This document shows positions 62,636-64,000 of a stretch of 64,000 nucleotides of DNA, piece by piece; position 1 is the stretch's first letter, and the number at the start of each line of letters is the position of its first letter. Position numbers and translations under genes: made by a program. Origin of the DNA: Anaeromyxobacter sp. (GTDB lineage Bacteria; Myxococcota; Myxococcia; Myxococcales; Anaeromyxobacteraceae). The notes under the pieces are model-generated. The model was not told the origin of the DNA, made no database searches, and saw only the letters and a program-made list of their open reading frames with translations. The stretch lies in NCBI GenBank assembly GCA_049840735.1, contig JASGJN010000020.1, forward strand, positions 128,001-192,000, read 5' to 3'.

Positions 62636-64000
62636 TCACCTCGGCCCGGGCGCCCCCAGCGTCTGGGCGCACTCGGCAGCCTTGAAGCCGAGCGCGGCCG
62701 ATTCGCGCGGCACCAGCAGGCCGCGGTCGGCGAGCCGGTCCACCGTGCGCTGGAAGATCTGGAGCTGCGCGGTGGCCGCCCTGGGCGTGGCGGCGCGCTC
62801 GGCCAGGAGCTGCGCCAGCGTCGCCTCGCCGACGAGGACGAGCTCGGCGCGCCGCAGCGGGTCCGGCGGGCAGGTCAGGCAGCCGGGGCGCTCGAAGAAG
62901 TCGTGGACCATCCAGACCAGGGTTCCCAGGCAGAGCTGCGGGGCCAGCCGCAGCCGGACCAGGATGGCGTCGGTGCTCCCGCCGTAGTCCGGCTGGTAGG
63001 CCGACCCGGTGGTGGGGAAGCCGGTCTGGCCGGCGCCGGCCAGCGAGAGGTTGTCGGCGTTGCCGGGCTCCACGGCCGCGGCGAACACGACGTCGTACCC
63101 CGGGCCGCCCAGGAAGGTCCCGTAGACGAGCGCGTCGCCCGACGGGTGGATGGTCGCGACGAACAGAATCCTGCGGCCCCCCCAGCGTCAGGTCCGCGGC
63201 GCCGGCGGTGGTGGGAAAGCCGGCCGAGGCGGTCTCGCCCGCCACGAACGCCAGCCCGGTGGTCGGGGCCACCGCGATGGCCCGGCCGGTGTCGTCCTGG
63301 GCGCCGCCCAGGTAGGTGGCGTAGATGCGCGAGGCCGCGCCGGCCGCCGAGGTGTCCAGCCGGGCCACGAAGGCGTCGCGCCCGCCGCCGTGGCTGGTGT
63401 CGTACGCGCCCGCGCTCACCGGGAACCCGGCCCCGGCGCGGCCGGTCACGTACGCCTGCCCGGTCACGTCCAGCGCCACCGCCAGCGCCTGGTCCGCCCC
63501 GGCGCCGCCCAGGTACGTCGCGTAGGCGCAGCAGGCGCCGTCGGCCTCGAGCCTGGCCAGGAAGCCGTCCAGGCTGCCGCCGTGGGTCGTGTCGAAGCCG
63601 CCGTCGGTGACCGGGAAGGCGGCCGAGCTGGTGTCGCCCACCGCCACCGCCTCGCCCGCCGCGTTCACCGCCACCCCCGCGCCCAGTTCGTCGCCGGTGC
63701 CGCCCAGGAAGGTGGACCAGGCCAGCGTCGCCTCGTTGCCAGCCCCCAGCACCACCTTGGTCACGAATGCGTCGGTCAACGCCACGTCCGGCAGCCCGCC
63801 GTTGAAGGTGAGCGGGTCCGCGCCGGGCAGGTCCGGCGAGTCGGTCATCCCCACCACGAAGACCTCGGCCTCTCCGCCCGCCTCGCGCACCGCGATGCCG
63901 AAGGCCAGCTCGTCGAAGCTGCCGCCCAGGTAGCTGGCGTAGAGCAGCGTGCTCCCCGAGGGCGAGAGCTTGGCCAGGTAGCCGTCGAGCGCCCCGTCGT
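62636..64000 (-). CDS. SBBP (beta-propeller) repeat protein, C-terminal part; +1 frameshift at about 63168
   Basis: Repeats Y(A/S)TYLGG..D.(A/G).AVA......(Y/F)V.G.T.S..FP.T.GA.D..GG..DAFV; truncated by window end. Confidence 0.85.

Overview
Very GC-rich chromosomal window of a myxobacterium, Anaeromyxobacter-like by gene content (inference). It is mostly housekeeping. Main contents: a sensor kinase with a MacAB-type ABC exporter, a stkABC-like Hsp70/SCP2 operon, two BON proteins, UvrD with an HNH nuclease, lysC, hutH, a lipA-E1a-E1b-E2-tatD-tcdA-lpd-lipB 2-oxoacid dehydrogenase cluster, a split methylmalonyl-CoA mutase, mlaEFD-tlpA-yacG, an M16 peptidase pair with rluA, and a cN-II-type 5'-nucleotidase. 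There are three tRNA genes: Val-CAC, Met-CAT and Sec-TCA. No integrase, transposase or CRISPR array was seen. Main observations: (1) an intergenic palindromic repeat family, about 15 units at 9 loci, with covarying stems, a GTAG-tagged inner hairpin and three nested inverted copies at the same position; (2) a lipoprotein joining a CBM48/AMPK-beta-like glycogen-binding module to a Cys-based phosphatase, a laforin/SEX4-like architecture; (3) nine +1 frameshifts, seven inside GATC or GAGACC and two within about 10 bp of GATC, probably sequencing errors that reveal DNA modification motifs; (4) LexA-like boxes in front of both the HNH nuclease and uvrD. All product calls come from motif recognition by eye, not database searches.
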